The notes: generated by a model from the sequence alone, not told the origin. Positions 8,008-16,462 are shown, numbered from the stretch's first letter. The stretch is DNA of 20,000 nt from an uncultured virus (IMG/VR IMGVR_UViG_2061766007_000547) (IMGVR_UViG_2061766007_000547), one strand, 5' to 3'. Made by a program: numbers and translations.

Positions 8008-9788
8008 GACACTCCCTCCTCTTCTTCATTTTCTTCCAGTTCGTCGGCATGCTCTTCATCATAGTCGTATGTAAACCACCTCTCTTTGATGTCGCTCCAG
8101 TATGCATTCTCACGCTGCATCCATACGCAATAACCATCTTCATCGTAAGCACATATATTACCATCGGCTTTTGCATTATACTCTGAAACATAACAAAAGC
8201 CCTCTTCTGTACGTACTGCTAAGCTGTCGTCGTAATAATAACATTCGTCATAATCATCAACAAAATAATCTTCCGTTGATGACCATTCATCTGCGTCTGA
8301 CATATAATGAACACCATCACGCTCTGCACAACTTTCGCAACAATACCAATATCCTGTGGCTCGATCATAAACGGCATCGTTGTTATCTTCTATACTAAAC
8401 GAATCGCCGCAACGATTACACTCTTCTAACTCCTCACTACCGTCGGCATATCCCTCATCGCGACAATATTCGCATACGAGGTATTCATTCTCTGAATGTT
8501 CATCTCCGCAAACGGGACAGATTGGACGATGTCCTACATATATTGTCGTATCCGTATTTTCCGCCTTGTTAATCGACACATTTACATCATCATAACACTC
8601 ATAATCCCTGTAATGTGTTGAACCGCTGGCGGTTGTAATATAACTGCTGGTTTCTCCGCTTCCCTTTTTAAGCACCCAGTTGTTTGGAATGTCCCAGCAC
8701 TGAGCGACTATATCCTGCATAATCGCTCTGAACTGTGTAGCGATTCCCTTTTCTCCGCCGTCTCTGCCGTCTGGATATACGCGGCTTTCCACAAGGAGAT
8801 TTCCGTTGGGGCTAACATAGAAGCAACATCTACGGATCTTGTCTGCTTTCCACATCTGCTTTGTATTATCATATTCCTTTTCAACAGTGTAGAAAATCAT
8901 TGTTGATTCATCAAGGGCATATGATAATGTGCCTGAACAGTAGCAGCCACCATAATTTCCAGGTGCCTTTCTTCTGTTCTTTTTGTCGATTGTATGACAC
9001 GAAGCGTAATTCCTGCCAAATGCCATTGTAAGATAATCAAGTACGTTAATGCTGATTATCGTATAGGTTTCGTACTTTAACGGGTTGAAACCATCAAAGA
9101 GGATAGCAGACTTACGGTTCCATTCTGCATGCTGGTCTAAGCCAATCTTCTTTGCGATTGCGTTGACAACCTTTGAGCACTTCTGCCCGTTGACGCAGTT
9201 AACATCGGGGAAATATTTCTTGACTTCTTCCCTTACGTCGTCTGTAACAAGCTGTTCACTTGTATCGCGCATTACACAAATGACCTTATATAAATTTTCA
9301 TATGTCATTATGTAATCATATTCCTCCTGTGTTACAGGATAGCTACGATAGAACTTTTTATCGCGTTCAAGTTCTTGAATTTTCGCATAGACTTCCAAAT
9401 ACTCAGCATAAGCCTCACCACGCTGAAGCAATACATCATAAGTCTGTTCTTCTGCGTAGGAAAGCATCAGCCGCTTCTTCCTCCAATAGCTCAGTTCGCT
9501 ATGGAGCTTATTGTTCTGCTGAGTTGTTGATAACAGCTGGCACTTTGTCTGAGTAACTTCAAACAACCAGTCAAGGAATGTTTCGATACGTGTCTTATCG
9601 AAATCCCTTGAATATTCTGCCTTGAGCACGATCGCCTGCTGTTCCTCGTCCCAGTATGGCGATTTTCTCAGATGTTCTCTGAGGTTATTTTTTGCCTCCC
9701 ATGTTTCTGTGTCGATTTTTTCTACACCTTTATCGGTGTATGCGTGATCGTAATCACCCAATAAATAAGCAATGTCTGTTTCGTACAT
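8004..9788 (-). CDS. large hypothetical protein, 594 aa; SCHTID/GCY core plus Cys-rich acidic C-terminus; paralog of 10911-12668
   Basis: Long ORF, AAGGAGGT SD; shared motifs RKxPxWDE, ISxNxLDYxTM, SCHTID, GCY, RVYPDxRD, QFR, PICPxCG. Confidence 0.9.
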   Translation of the reverse strand: MYETDIAYLLGDYDHAYTDKGVEKIDTETWEAKNNLREHLRKSPYWDEEQQAIVLKAEYSRDFDKTRIETFLDWLFEVTQTKCQLLSTTQQNNKLHSELSYWRKKRLMLSYAEEQTYDVLLQRGEAYAEYLEVYAKIQELERDKKFYRSYPVTQEEYDYIMTYENLYKVICVMRDTSEQLVTDDVREEVKKYFPDVNCVNGQKCSKVVNAIAKKIGLDQHAEWNRKSAILFDGFNPLKYETYTIISINVLDYLTMAFGRNYASCHTIDKKNRRKAPGNYGGCYCSGTLSYALDESTMIFYTVEKEYDNTKQMWKADKIRRCCFYVSPNGNLLVESRVYPDGRDGGEKGIATQFRAIMQDIVAQCWDIPNNWVLKKGSGETSSYITTASGSTHYRDYECYDDVNVSINKAENTDTTIYVGHRPICPVCGDEHSENEYLVCEYCRDEGYADGSEELEECNRCGDSFSIEDNNDAVYDRATGYWYCCESCAERDGVHYMSDADEWSSTEDYFVDDYDECYYYDDSLAVRTEEGFCYVSEYNAKADGNICAYDEDGYCVWMQRENAYWSDIKERWFTYDYDEEHADELEENEEEEGVS

Positions 9789-9793
9789 AAACT

Positions 9794-9886
9794 TTACCTC
9801 CTTTTAGCCTGTTCTTTTTCATCATGCAATAGCCAACCAATAACTAAACCTATGATATACAATATTCCCGCGCCGATTAGCTCCAT
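9794..9886 (-). CDS. small single-TM membrane peptide, 30 aa (MELIGAGILYIIGLVIGWLLHDEKEQAKRR)
   Basis: TAAGGAGGT SD; hydrophobic stretch; its end contains the SD of the 594 aa gene; not in ORF track. Confidence 0.75.
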   Translation of the reverse strand: MELIGAGILYIIGLVIGWLLHDEKEQAKRR

Positions 9887-9921
9887 ACGCTACCTCCTTA
9901 AAATGTGTTGTATCTTTGCCA

Positions 9922-10914
9922 TCACATCAATCCCATTCTTTTTTTATCTCTGTACCACGACCAATAGTCGTCGTCAGATGCCGTATCCAGATAGCACTGC
10001 AGGACATTTCCGTATGGTAGTGTCGGGTGATCTTCAGCCCAATAGCCAATCGCCTCTATTCTGGACATTGCCTCGTAAATTTCTTCCTGATTTTCGAGGT
10101 TCTCGTCGATATATTCGACGATATATACATCATCATAATACCAGTGTTCATATGATGATCTCTTATTGCTGTATAATGATGTATATACGGGTTTATATTC
10201 TATGTACTCAAATTGTTCTACATCCGCAGCTGCCTTGATTAATTTTTCTGCGGCGTCGATTGCTGCAATCATTTCTTCCCATACAACATATTCATCTGTC
10301 GTATGTGCCTTATAATATCCACAACTGAGATTGACACCAGCAATCCCCGTTTCTGGACAGAAGTTGCTTATATCTGAGAACGATCCGTGATCTTCTTTCC
10401 AGCCCGTTACCTTTGCGCACCACTCATGGAACTCCTTATTATTATCGTAGTAGTACACAAGATCATCTGCGTGTGCTCTGTCTAACTCAATAAAGAATTT
10501 CTCTGCGCCAAGCATTGTCAGCATAGTTTTGTTCCTGCATAATAGGTCACTACCTACACCGCCAACTTCCTCGTCCTCGCAGAAGATAACAGTCGGTCTT
10601 AACCCTCGTTCAGCTATGAGCCGCTGTATCATATAGACACCACAACGATCGTCACCTCCTATCCCTTGTGGTGACGATATGATTGTTGCTGTGCCGTCGT
10701 TTGTGATATCCACACGCTGCACTGGAGTAGGATGTACTGTATCCATATGAGCTGTGACTACCACGCCTGCGCTTCCCTCTGCGTAGATATATCCGTCTGC
10801 AACGATTGGCTTATATCCGTTGCATTTTAACCATTCAGGCAGATACACCTTTAACTGATCCTGTGTCATTTTGCAAATTTCGATAAAATGTTTAATTCCC
10901 TTCTTTAACCTCAT
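9922..10914 (-). CDS. zinc-dependent peptidase/amidohydrolase, clan MH (M20/M28-like)
   Basis: Metal-ligand motifs TAHMDTV, GGDDRCG, EDEEVG, IELDR, SDIS, GYYKAHT in canonical order. Confidence 0.85.
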   Translation of the reverse strand: MRLKKGIKHFIEICKMTQDQLKVYLPEWLKCNGYKPIVADGYIYAEGSAGVVVTAHMDTVHPTPVQRVDITNDGTATIISSPQGIGGDDRCGVYMIQRLIAERGLRPTVIFCEDEEVGGVGSDLLCRNKTMLTMLGAEKFFIELDRAHADDLVYYYDNNKEFHEWCAKVTGWKEDHGSFSDISNFCPETGIAGVNLSCGYYKAHTTDEYVVWEEMIAAIDAAEKLIKAAADVEQFEYIEYKPVYTSLYSNKRSSYEHWYYDDVYIVEYIDENLENQEEIYEAMSRIEAIGYWAEDHPTLPYGNVLQCYLDTASDDDYWSWYRDKKRMGLM

Positions 10915-12668
10915 ACAACCGCCTCCTCTTCTTCTGTGCTATCCTGTTCTTCATCAGGATATGTATAGTAACAATCGTCTCTATGCCTATAGAGATCGTC
11001 AATAGGATACCAGTGGTAGTCATCACACGCCATTTCGTATCCCATCTCATATGCATTATCATCACAACTGAAGGTGTGTCCATCTTCAGTTTCGATGTAT
11101 GGAGTACCAGCGTAGTAGTGGTCGTTATACGAATCAATATACCACTCATCACGCCAATCCTCTGTATCCTCACAGTAACGATAACCATCCCTTTGAGCAC
11201 ACTCATAATCGCAATAGATGCGATCGTCATATGTTGTGATATAGTCATAGCTAGTTTCTTCGTCGATGACCGCACCGCAGTTATAACACGTGGTTTCTTC
11301 CACTCCATCGGTACATCGAGTGCAACAAATGTTATCATTTCTCGTATGCGTTTTACCGCACTGTGGACAGATCGGCTTAGCTCCGATATACACTTGCGGC
11401 ATACGTTCAACAACTCCCTTGTTGACGCTGACATTACAGTCACTATAATGAAAATAGTCACTGTAATTTGTCTTTCCGTCATTCTCTGTGATGTAATCAG
11501 AACAGTTATCAGTGCCTTTCTTAACTTCCCAGTTGTTTGGCACTTCATAACATTCGCTGATTACATTCTGTACTATTTGTCTGAACTGCGGTGCATACGA
11601 TGTATCATCGTCGTCTCTTGCGTCAGGATACACCCTACCTTGCACAAGGACAGTACCGTCTACATTGACATGGAAGTTGCACCGCTTGATCTTATCTTCC
11701 ATTTTACCTGTATATACGATGAATGTCGATTTGTCCAGCATGTAGCTTTCTGTTCCTGAGCTATAGCATCCATTGTATGTGTGCTCCCCGTTCAATTCAT
11801 AACGGAGATTTTTTACATCAATGGTATGACAGCTCGACCAGTGGTGACCAAAGGACATTGTCCAATAGTCGAGCGGATTAAGACTGATGTACGTTTTCGC
11901 TATCACTTTAAGCGGATTGATAGCGTCTGCGAACTGCGCGTATTCCTGTTCACACATCAGCTTTCCCTTGTCGTTTAGAGTTTTATCTTCAAACACTCCA
12001 AGCGGCGTCAGAAGCTTTTTTATAACTCGTGAAGTTTTTGCACCAATCGGCGCATCAAAATCACATGCTTCCTTAATCAGATCTTTTAATCTCTGATTAA
12101 TTATATGCTCACCCTCTTCGATATCCTCAACGACAGAAGATATCTTGCGCCACTGCAGGTATTTATTCCAATCTTCCTTACGCACCCAACTGTCGTGTCC
12201 ATTATCCCACTGCAGCTGGTTAAAAATACTTACCAATTCGCTTTGCTTTGCACCTGTTTCCATTAAGATATCATTAGGTATATCAACGCCCACTGATTTT
12301 AATGACGACAGAAGCGACATACATGTATTTACGTTGTTTAAATTGCGCTTTAGATCGTAAATCTTCTCTCCATTGAAGTAGGTGATTTCGCAATTCGCAA
12401 TCCATTTGCCTGCCTCGCGTCTCAAGTACTTTGCGTAATTTACGACATGTTTCTGATTAAATGTACGCAAATACTCTGCATCCAGTACAATCGCAAGACG
12501 CTGTTCATCCCAGTTAGGATGTTTACGGAACTTCTCAAGCAGCCCTGCGTTATTTTTTTCCCATGTGTAAATTATCGCATTAACTACGTCCCAGTCAATG
12601 TCATAGTCATACCGCTCAAGCAAGTTACATGCTTGATTTACTAAGTTTTCGCGTTCCATAATATTCAT
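10911..12668 (-). CDS. large hypothetical protein, 585 aa; SCHTID/GCY core plus Cys-rich acidic C-terminus; paralog of 8004-9788
   Basis: Long ORF; GGAGG SD; TAATG and ATGA coupling with neighbours; motifs as in its paralog. Confidence 0.9.
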   Translation of the reverse strand: MNIMERENLVNQACNLLERYDYDIDWDVVNAIIYTWEKNNAGLLEKFRKHPNWDEQRLAIVLDAEYLRTFNQKHVVNYAKYLRREAGKWIANCEITYFNGEKIYDLKRNLNNVNTCMSLLSSLKSVGVDIPNDILMETGAKQSELVSIFNQLQWDNGHDSWVRKEDWNKYLQWRKISSVVEDIEEGEHIINQRLKDLIKEACDFDAPIGAKTSRVIKKLLTPLGVFEDKTLNDKGKLMCEQEYAQFADAINPLKVIAKTYISLNPLDYWTMSFGHHWSSCHTIDVKNLRYELNGEHTYNGCYSSGTESYMLDKSTFIVYTGKMEDKIKRCNFHVNVDGTVLVQGRVYPDARDDDDTSYAPQFRQIVQNVISECYEVPNNWEVKKGTDNCSDYITENDGKTNYSDYFHYSDCNVSVNKGVVERMPQVYIGAKPICPQCGKTHTRNDNICCTRCTDGVEETTCYNCGAVIDEETSYDYITTYDDRIYCDYECAQRDGYRYCEDTEDWRDEWYIDSYNDHYYAGTPYIETEDGHTFSCDDNAYEMGYEMACDDYHWYPIDDLYRHRDDCYYTYPDEEQDSTEEEEAVV

Positions 12669-12853
12669 TATGCTTCACCCTCCTCTTCTTCAATAAAACT
12701 GCCTATGACCATCGCTACGACGATCAAACCAATTCCCTTTGCCCATAACCATATCTGGTCGGACATCGGGGCTGTCGCCTCCGTTTCGCTAAACAGCAGG
12801 CACACGCCTGCCATTGCCATCAGGCAACATAACCACATGAGCACCTTTTTCAT
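12668..12853 (-). CDS. small membrane protein, 61 aa (two hydrophobic segments, acidic tail)
   Basis: First gene after the consensus promoter; AAGGGAG SD. Confidence 0.8.
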   Translation of the reverse strand: MKKVLMWLCCLMAMAGVCLLFSETEATAPMSDQIWLWAKGIGLIVVAMVIGSFIEEEEGEA

Positions 12854-12876
12854 TCTATTTCTCCCTTCTGTACGTC

Positions 12877-12905
12877 ATTATAGACGTTTAATACATTTTT
12901 GTCAA
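12877..12905 (-). promoter_or_regulatory. sigma-A/sigma70 consensus promoter TTGACA-N17-TATAAT
   Basis: Minus strand reads TTGACA aaaatgtattaaacgtc TATAAT: perfect boxes, 17 bp spacer, intergenic. Confidence 0.9.
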
Positions 12906-13171
12906 GGCGTATTTTTCGCCTTGTTATCTATTAGCAACTTTACATTAGCAAGAATTTCTTCGTTGCCTTGCTTTAACTTTTTAATGCCAGTCATTAGACG
13001 TTCGTTCTGCTCTGACAGCTTCTGCAAGCGCTGTTCTGACAATTCACATAGAATTGCCAGATCATTTACCAACCCGTCTATATCCTGTTGTCCCTTGACG
13101 TAGCGCATTAGAAACTCCGCTGCAAGTCCTGGGTGTCTGGCTGCGATTTCCTTTGCCTTTGTTCTGTTCAT
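12902..13171 (-). CDS. hypothetical protein, 89 aa, coiled-coil-like C-terminus; paralog of 13168-13347
   Basis: AAGGAGGT SD; MNRTKAKEIAARHPGLAA...LAILC. Confidence 0.85.
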   Translation of the reverse strand: MNRTKAKEIAARHPGLAAEFLMRYVKGQQDIDGLVNDLAILCELSEQRLQKLSEQNERLMTGIKKLKQGNEEILANVKLLIDNKAKNTP

Positions 13172-13347
13172 ACAATTACCTCCTTTTCAAGCTGCGCTAT
13201 ACGCTCTTCTCTTACATCGCAGAGAATAGCCAAACAGTCAATTACATCAATAATTCTCACTTTTGGATCACGTGTGAGACTGCTAATAATGCTCGCTGCA
13301 AGTCCATGATGCTTGTCAGCGATTGCTTTTGCGTCTGTTCTTTTCAT
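13168..13347 (-). CDS. hypothetical protein, 59 aa; paralog of 12902-13171
   Basis: GAGGTG SD; MKRTDAKAIADKHHGLAA...LAILCD; ATGA overlap; not in ORF track. Confidence 0.85.
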   Translation of the reverse strand: MKRTDAKAIADKHHGLAASIISSLTRDPKVRIIDVIDCLAILCDVREERIAQLEKEVIV

Positions 13348-13362
13348 GACGTCACCTCTCTT

Positions 13363-13551
13363 TTACCACCACTGACCTGTGAATGCCAGTGAATCTATAT
13401 CTACATTTTTATCACAGATAATATCATCTATACCTTCTGTTGCTTCGCGATATGTATCCGCTGTGAAGATCATTTCCCTGTTATCATACACCTCATAGTG
13501 TCCATATATTTGGACTATGGTGTATCCCTCATATTTATATGTTCTGCCCAT
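13363..13551 (-). CDS. hypothetical protein, 62 aa
   Basis: AAGGAGG SD. Confidence 0.8.
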   Translation of the reverse strand: MGRTYKYEGYTIVQIYGHYEVYDNREMIFTADTYREATEGIDDIICDKNVDIDSLAFTGQWW

Positions 13552-13563
13552 AACTATCCCTCC

Positions 13564-13932
13564 TTAACCTAATGCGTAACTTTCTACTCCGTTAGAATAA
13601 CAACCGCTATATTTACTATCGATTGTGTGGCAACTATGCCACGACTGCCCATAATCTATTACATATGATACTTTTGGCTGCATATAATCCCACTCTTGCT
13701 TACTGCGGGCATGCGGTCTCGCTTGTATATCTGGCGTATATTCGTATTCGACAGTTGGATAATGTGTGCATCTATATCCCCACTCCTCATCATAGTCATC
13801 TTTGCTTTCTTTGCGCCAAATGTCTATAGCTTCCGCTGGAGTATTTGCTTCCATAGTATATATCTCTGTTTCGTCGTCATACTCATAGTGATTACACCAT
13901 TGTTCGATCACATATTTCTTTTTGAATGCCAT
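13564..13932 (-). CDS. hypothetical protein, 122 aa, ending in an isolated SCHTID..GCYS..ESYAL motif
   Basis: AAGGAGG SD; the last ~29 aa match the core motif of the 585/594 aa proteins. Confidence 0.85.
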   Translation of the reverse strand: MAFKKKYVIEQWCNHYEYDDETEIYTMEANTPAEAIDIWRKESKDDYDEEWGYRCTHYPTVEYEYTPDIQARPHARSKQEWDYMQPKVSYVIDYGQSWHSCHTIDSKYSGCYSNGVESYALG

Positions 13933-14268
13933 TTATACCGCCTCCTTTTTCCAATTTCTTTTTATTAGCGCGTTTTCTGCCAGCGCTTTTGCAGACGTGT
14001 CAATTACTTTTTCTATTTCTTTTGAGAGTTTGCCATATTCACTCTCATATAGAGCCTCAACAACAAAATATGTATTCCATGAAGCTTCCTTTTGTGCTTG
14101 GAAATGCTTTATTTGAATATCGTCTGCCTGTCCTCTTGCAACAAGGATATCTATGACGGCTCTAGAAAAATTTATGTTGGCTTTTTCTACCAGCATAGAC
14201 GTTATGAAGCGCTCCTTTAAAGGCATCTCTTTGAGTTCTGCTGTTGTTAGCACATTAAACATATTCAT
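13933..14268 (-). CDS. hypothetical protein, 111 aa
   Basis: AAGGAGG SD before MNMFNV; ATGA overlap. Confidence 0.8.
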   Translation of the reverse strand: MNMFNVLTTAELKEMPLKERFITSMLVEKANINFSRAVIDILVARGQADDIQIKHFQAQKEASWNTYFVVEALYESEYGKLSKEIEKVIDTSAKALAENALIKRNWKKEAV

Positions 14269-14639
14269 GATAATTTGCCCTCCTTTACAAACCAGTAACA
14301 TTCAGGAAATCGCGTTTCCATATTTCTTGCAGCTTCTCTTGCGTCCATGTCGCATTTTGCAAAAATTTCCTTTTTGAATACCATTTTATCGGTACTCTTA
14401 TTCTGAAACCAAATAGTAAATAACTTACTTTCTTGTAGTATAGTTGCCATATCAAGCAAGTTTTCTAAGTGCCACTGAGCCTCACCTATTTCGCCGCCCA
14501 TTTCCATTGCGCCTAACGCTTCGGCTTGCTCTGCTAACTGCGATAATAATTTTATTGTTTTTTCTACCATATGTTTTCCTTCATTATCGCAAAGCATAAC
14601 AATATAGTTGTCTTTATCACACGTCAAATCTACTATCAT
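14265..14639 (-). CDS. hypothetical protein, 124 aa
   Basis: AAGGAGGT SD before MIVDLT; ATGA overlap. Confidence 0.8.
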   Translation of the reverse strand: MIVDLTCDKDNYIVMLCDNEGKHMVEKTIKLLSQLAEQAEALGAMEMGGEIGEAQWHLENLLDMATILQESKLFTIWFQNKSTDKMVFKKEIFAKCDMDAREAARNMETRFPECYWFVKEGKLS

Positions 14640-14989
14640 ACTTCTACCTCCTTTAAGGGCGTGATAGTGTACCACAATATATGATAATTATCATATCTGT
14701 TATCACCATAATCCTCAAAAGTATCATTGTATTGCACATGAAATACGCGTTCTGTTTTTGCGCGCATTTCGTCATGCCAGCTGTCTAAAATGCCATCAGG
14801 ATCGCCCTCAATCCATTCCAAATCTTTTGATACACCATATATTCGAGTATGATATTTTTCTGGTGTATGATTTTTAATAAAATCTTTTGCCTTATTTTCC
14901 GTTTCGGCATATCCAATAGCATTGCTAATGTGCCTCCAATCGTAATCTTCTTCTCCGTTATCAAAATGCTCTTCAATTAAATAGATCAT
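14636..14989 (-). CDS. hypothetical acidic protein, 117 aa
   Basis: GGAGG SD; ATGA overlaps at both ends. Confidence 0.8.
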   Translation of the reverse strand: MIYLIEEHFDNGEEDYDWRHISNAIGYAETENKAKDFIKNHTPEKYHTRIYGVSKDLEWIEGDPDGILDSWHDEMRAKTERVFHVQYNDTFEDYGDNRYDNYHILWYTITPLKEVEV

Positions 14990-15554
14990 ACCTCTACCTC
15001 CTCCGTTATAATGGCGATGTCAAGTATATCCCGCAAAAAACTTGCCGCTTCTTCTAATTGCTCACTATCGTCACCGTCTACTAATGTTGACAGATAATAT
15101 AAAAGTTCTATTGCATTTTGAGTTTGATCATATTTTTCGCGCGTCAATTCAATTTCATTATAATTATCATAATCATCATCATAATANNNNNNNNNNNNNN
15201 NNNNNNNNNNNNNNNNNNNNNNNNNNNNNNNNNNNCGCAATCATCATCGTTGCAGCTATGCTTTTCAATATCCTGATCAATATTATATTTGCCGTTAGCA
15301 TAATAAAAGAACCATGCTTTACCTAATGAAATTCCTATGGTAATCGGAGCATAAGTAAAACGCTCTCCATGCGCTTCTGTTATACCGCTAGCGCAATAAT
15401 CATATTTGCCGTCGTATAAGCTAATAGGCAAATCTGGTCTGCCTTTGAGTGCCTCATAGATATCAGGTAGTATAGGCATAAAATCATCTTTGCCTATTAA
15501 AAATGGATCGAGAAATTCCTTGCATGCTTTTAATAATTCTAAACCTTCGTTCAT
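14986..15554 (-). CDS. hypothetical protein interrupted by an assembly gap (N at 15187-15235); one gene or two
   Basis: AAGGAGG SD at 15554; open frame to ...HSCNDDDC, gap, then YYDDDYDNY...EEVEV stop at 14986. Confidence 0.55.
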
Positions 15555-15721
15555 ATTAGTCCGTCCTCCTTTATGTTAATTATAATTTCAGTTATTTCCA
15601 ACCATTCTTCACGGGTGTAAATACCCCGTTTGTATCTTTTATCGGCAAGTTTAATTGCCTTATTACAGTTTTCGCCACACTCATCAATTAGAGAGTAGGC
15701 GTTTTTCTGTGCTATCGACAT
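15551..15721 (-). CDS. hypothetical protein, 56 aa
   Basis: GGAGGTG SD; MSIAQKNAYSLIDECG...; ATGA overlap; not in ORF track. Confidence 0.75.
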   Translation of the reverse strand: MSIAQKNAYSLIDECGENCNKAIKLADKRYKRGIYTREEWLEITEIIINIKEDGLI

Positions 15722-15873
15722 AATTTCACCTCCACTGCAAATCTAACAAACGCCTTGAGCTTTTTCTCTTGCTCAGACGTTATATCCTCTACGTACTTTG
15801 GACATTCTTTGCCTAAGATGACTTCCAGCATTTTGCGCTGTCCCTTAGGCAAGCCCTTGATTTTTGTTTTCAT
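15712..15873 (-). CDS. hypothetical basic protein, 53 aa
   Basis: AAGGAGGT SD before MKTKIK. Confidence 0.75.
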   Translation of the reverse strand: MKTKIKGLPKGQRKMLEVILGKECPKYVEDITSEQEKKLKAFVRFAVEVKLCR

Positions 15874-15926
15874 CTGTGATACCTCCTTCTGAGATATCTT
15901 AGATACCAATTATGTGGCATTTTCAT
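15870..15926 (-). CDS. micro-ORF, 18 aa (MKMPHNWYLRYLRRRYHR)
   Basis: GGGAGGTG SD; ATGA overlap with the next gene. Confidence 0.6.
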   Translation of the reverse strand: MKMPHNWYLRYLRRRYHR

Positions 15927-15941
15927 TGTGTATCACCTCCC

Positions 15942-16073
15942 TTATAGAAATAATATCCAGCCGATAAAGCCATCAACGCACTCCGTTGCAGGACGATAGG
16001 ACACATTTTTGCCCTGTGCAACTAAAATAGCAACCTCATCTAATAAGGTTGCCTTGTCTTTAAAATATTTCAT
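15942..16073 (-). CDS. hypothetical protein, 43 aa
   Basis: AAAGGA SD; MKYFKDKATLLDEV...GWILFL; fills the gap exactly. Confidence 0.7.
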   Translation of the reverse strand: MKYFKDKATLLDEVAILVAQGKNVSYRPATECVDGFIGWILFL

Positions 16074-16086
16074 GTTTATTTCCTTT

Positions 16087-16260
16087 CTACCAAATAGCGC
16101 AGCCGTACTTCAGATATACGACTGCCCTCTGCAGTTGTCCGTCCGTGACAGACACTTTCATTTGTCTTGCTACGGCGGACACTAACCGTTCGATACTTGC
16201 GTTGTCACTGCAACGCTTGTTCGCAAGGATTGCCTTGCATTTCTCTAAGACCTTACTCAT
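16087..16260 (-). CDS. hypothetical basic protein, 57 aa
   Basis: GAGGTG SD before MSKVLE. Confidence 0.75.
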   Translation of the reverse strand: MSKVLEKCKAILANKRCSDNASIERLVSAVARQMKVSVTDGQLQRAVVYLKYGCAIW

Positions 16261-16462
16261 AGCACACCTCATTATCGATCATTTCGGGCTTTCCATTGCG
16301 CCCATACATTGTGACGAAACTGCCCATTGTATAGCATTCACACACGGCTACCTTTTCGCTATCCACAATAACAGCCTCTAAGCCATTATCATAGGGCAAG
16401 TACGGATAGTCGGCTTCGAGCTTCACGCCCTTTGCCTTTAAGAATTTCTTTACGCGGTTCAT
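16253..16462 (-). CDS. hypothetical protein, 69 aa
   Basis: GGAGGTG SD before MNRVKK; ATGA overlap. Confidence 0.8.
   Translation of the reverse strand: MNRVKKFLKAKGVKLEADYPYLPYDNGLEAVIVDSEKVAVCECYTMGSFVTMYGRNGKPEMIDNEVCYE

Noticed and set aside
10892..11548. 218 aa alternative-frame minus-strand ORF
   Set aside because: Lies almost wholly within the 585 aa gene. Its Met/Thr/Ile-rich text is the expected frame-shifted reading of Asp/Tyr codons.
8004..12668. Naming the 585/594 aa proteins as amidoligases
   Set aside because: A peptidase neighbour is suggestive, but I do not see the GxExE and CGxHxH motifs of COOH-NH2 ligases.
8004..13653. Diversity-generating retroelement template/variable repeat to explain the three SCHTID copies
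   Set aside because: The differences are mostly synonymous and not adenine-specific, and there is no reverse transcriptase in the window.
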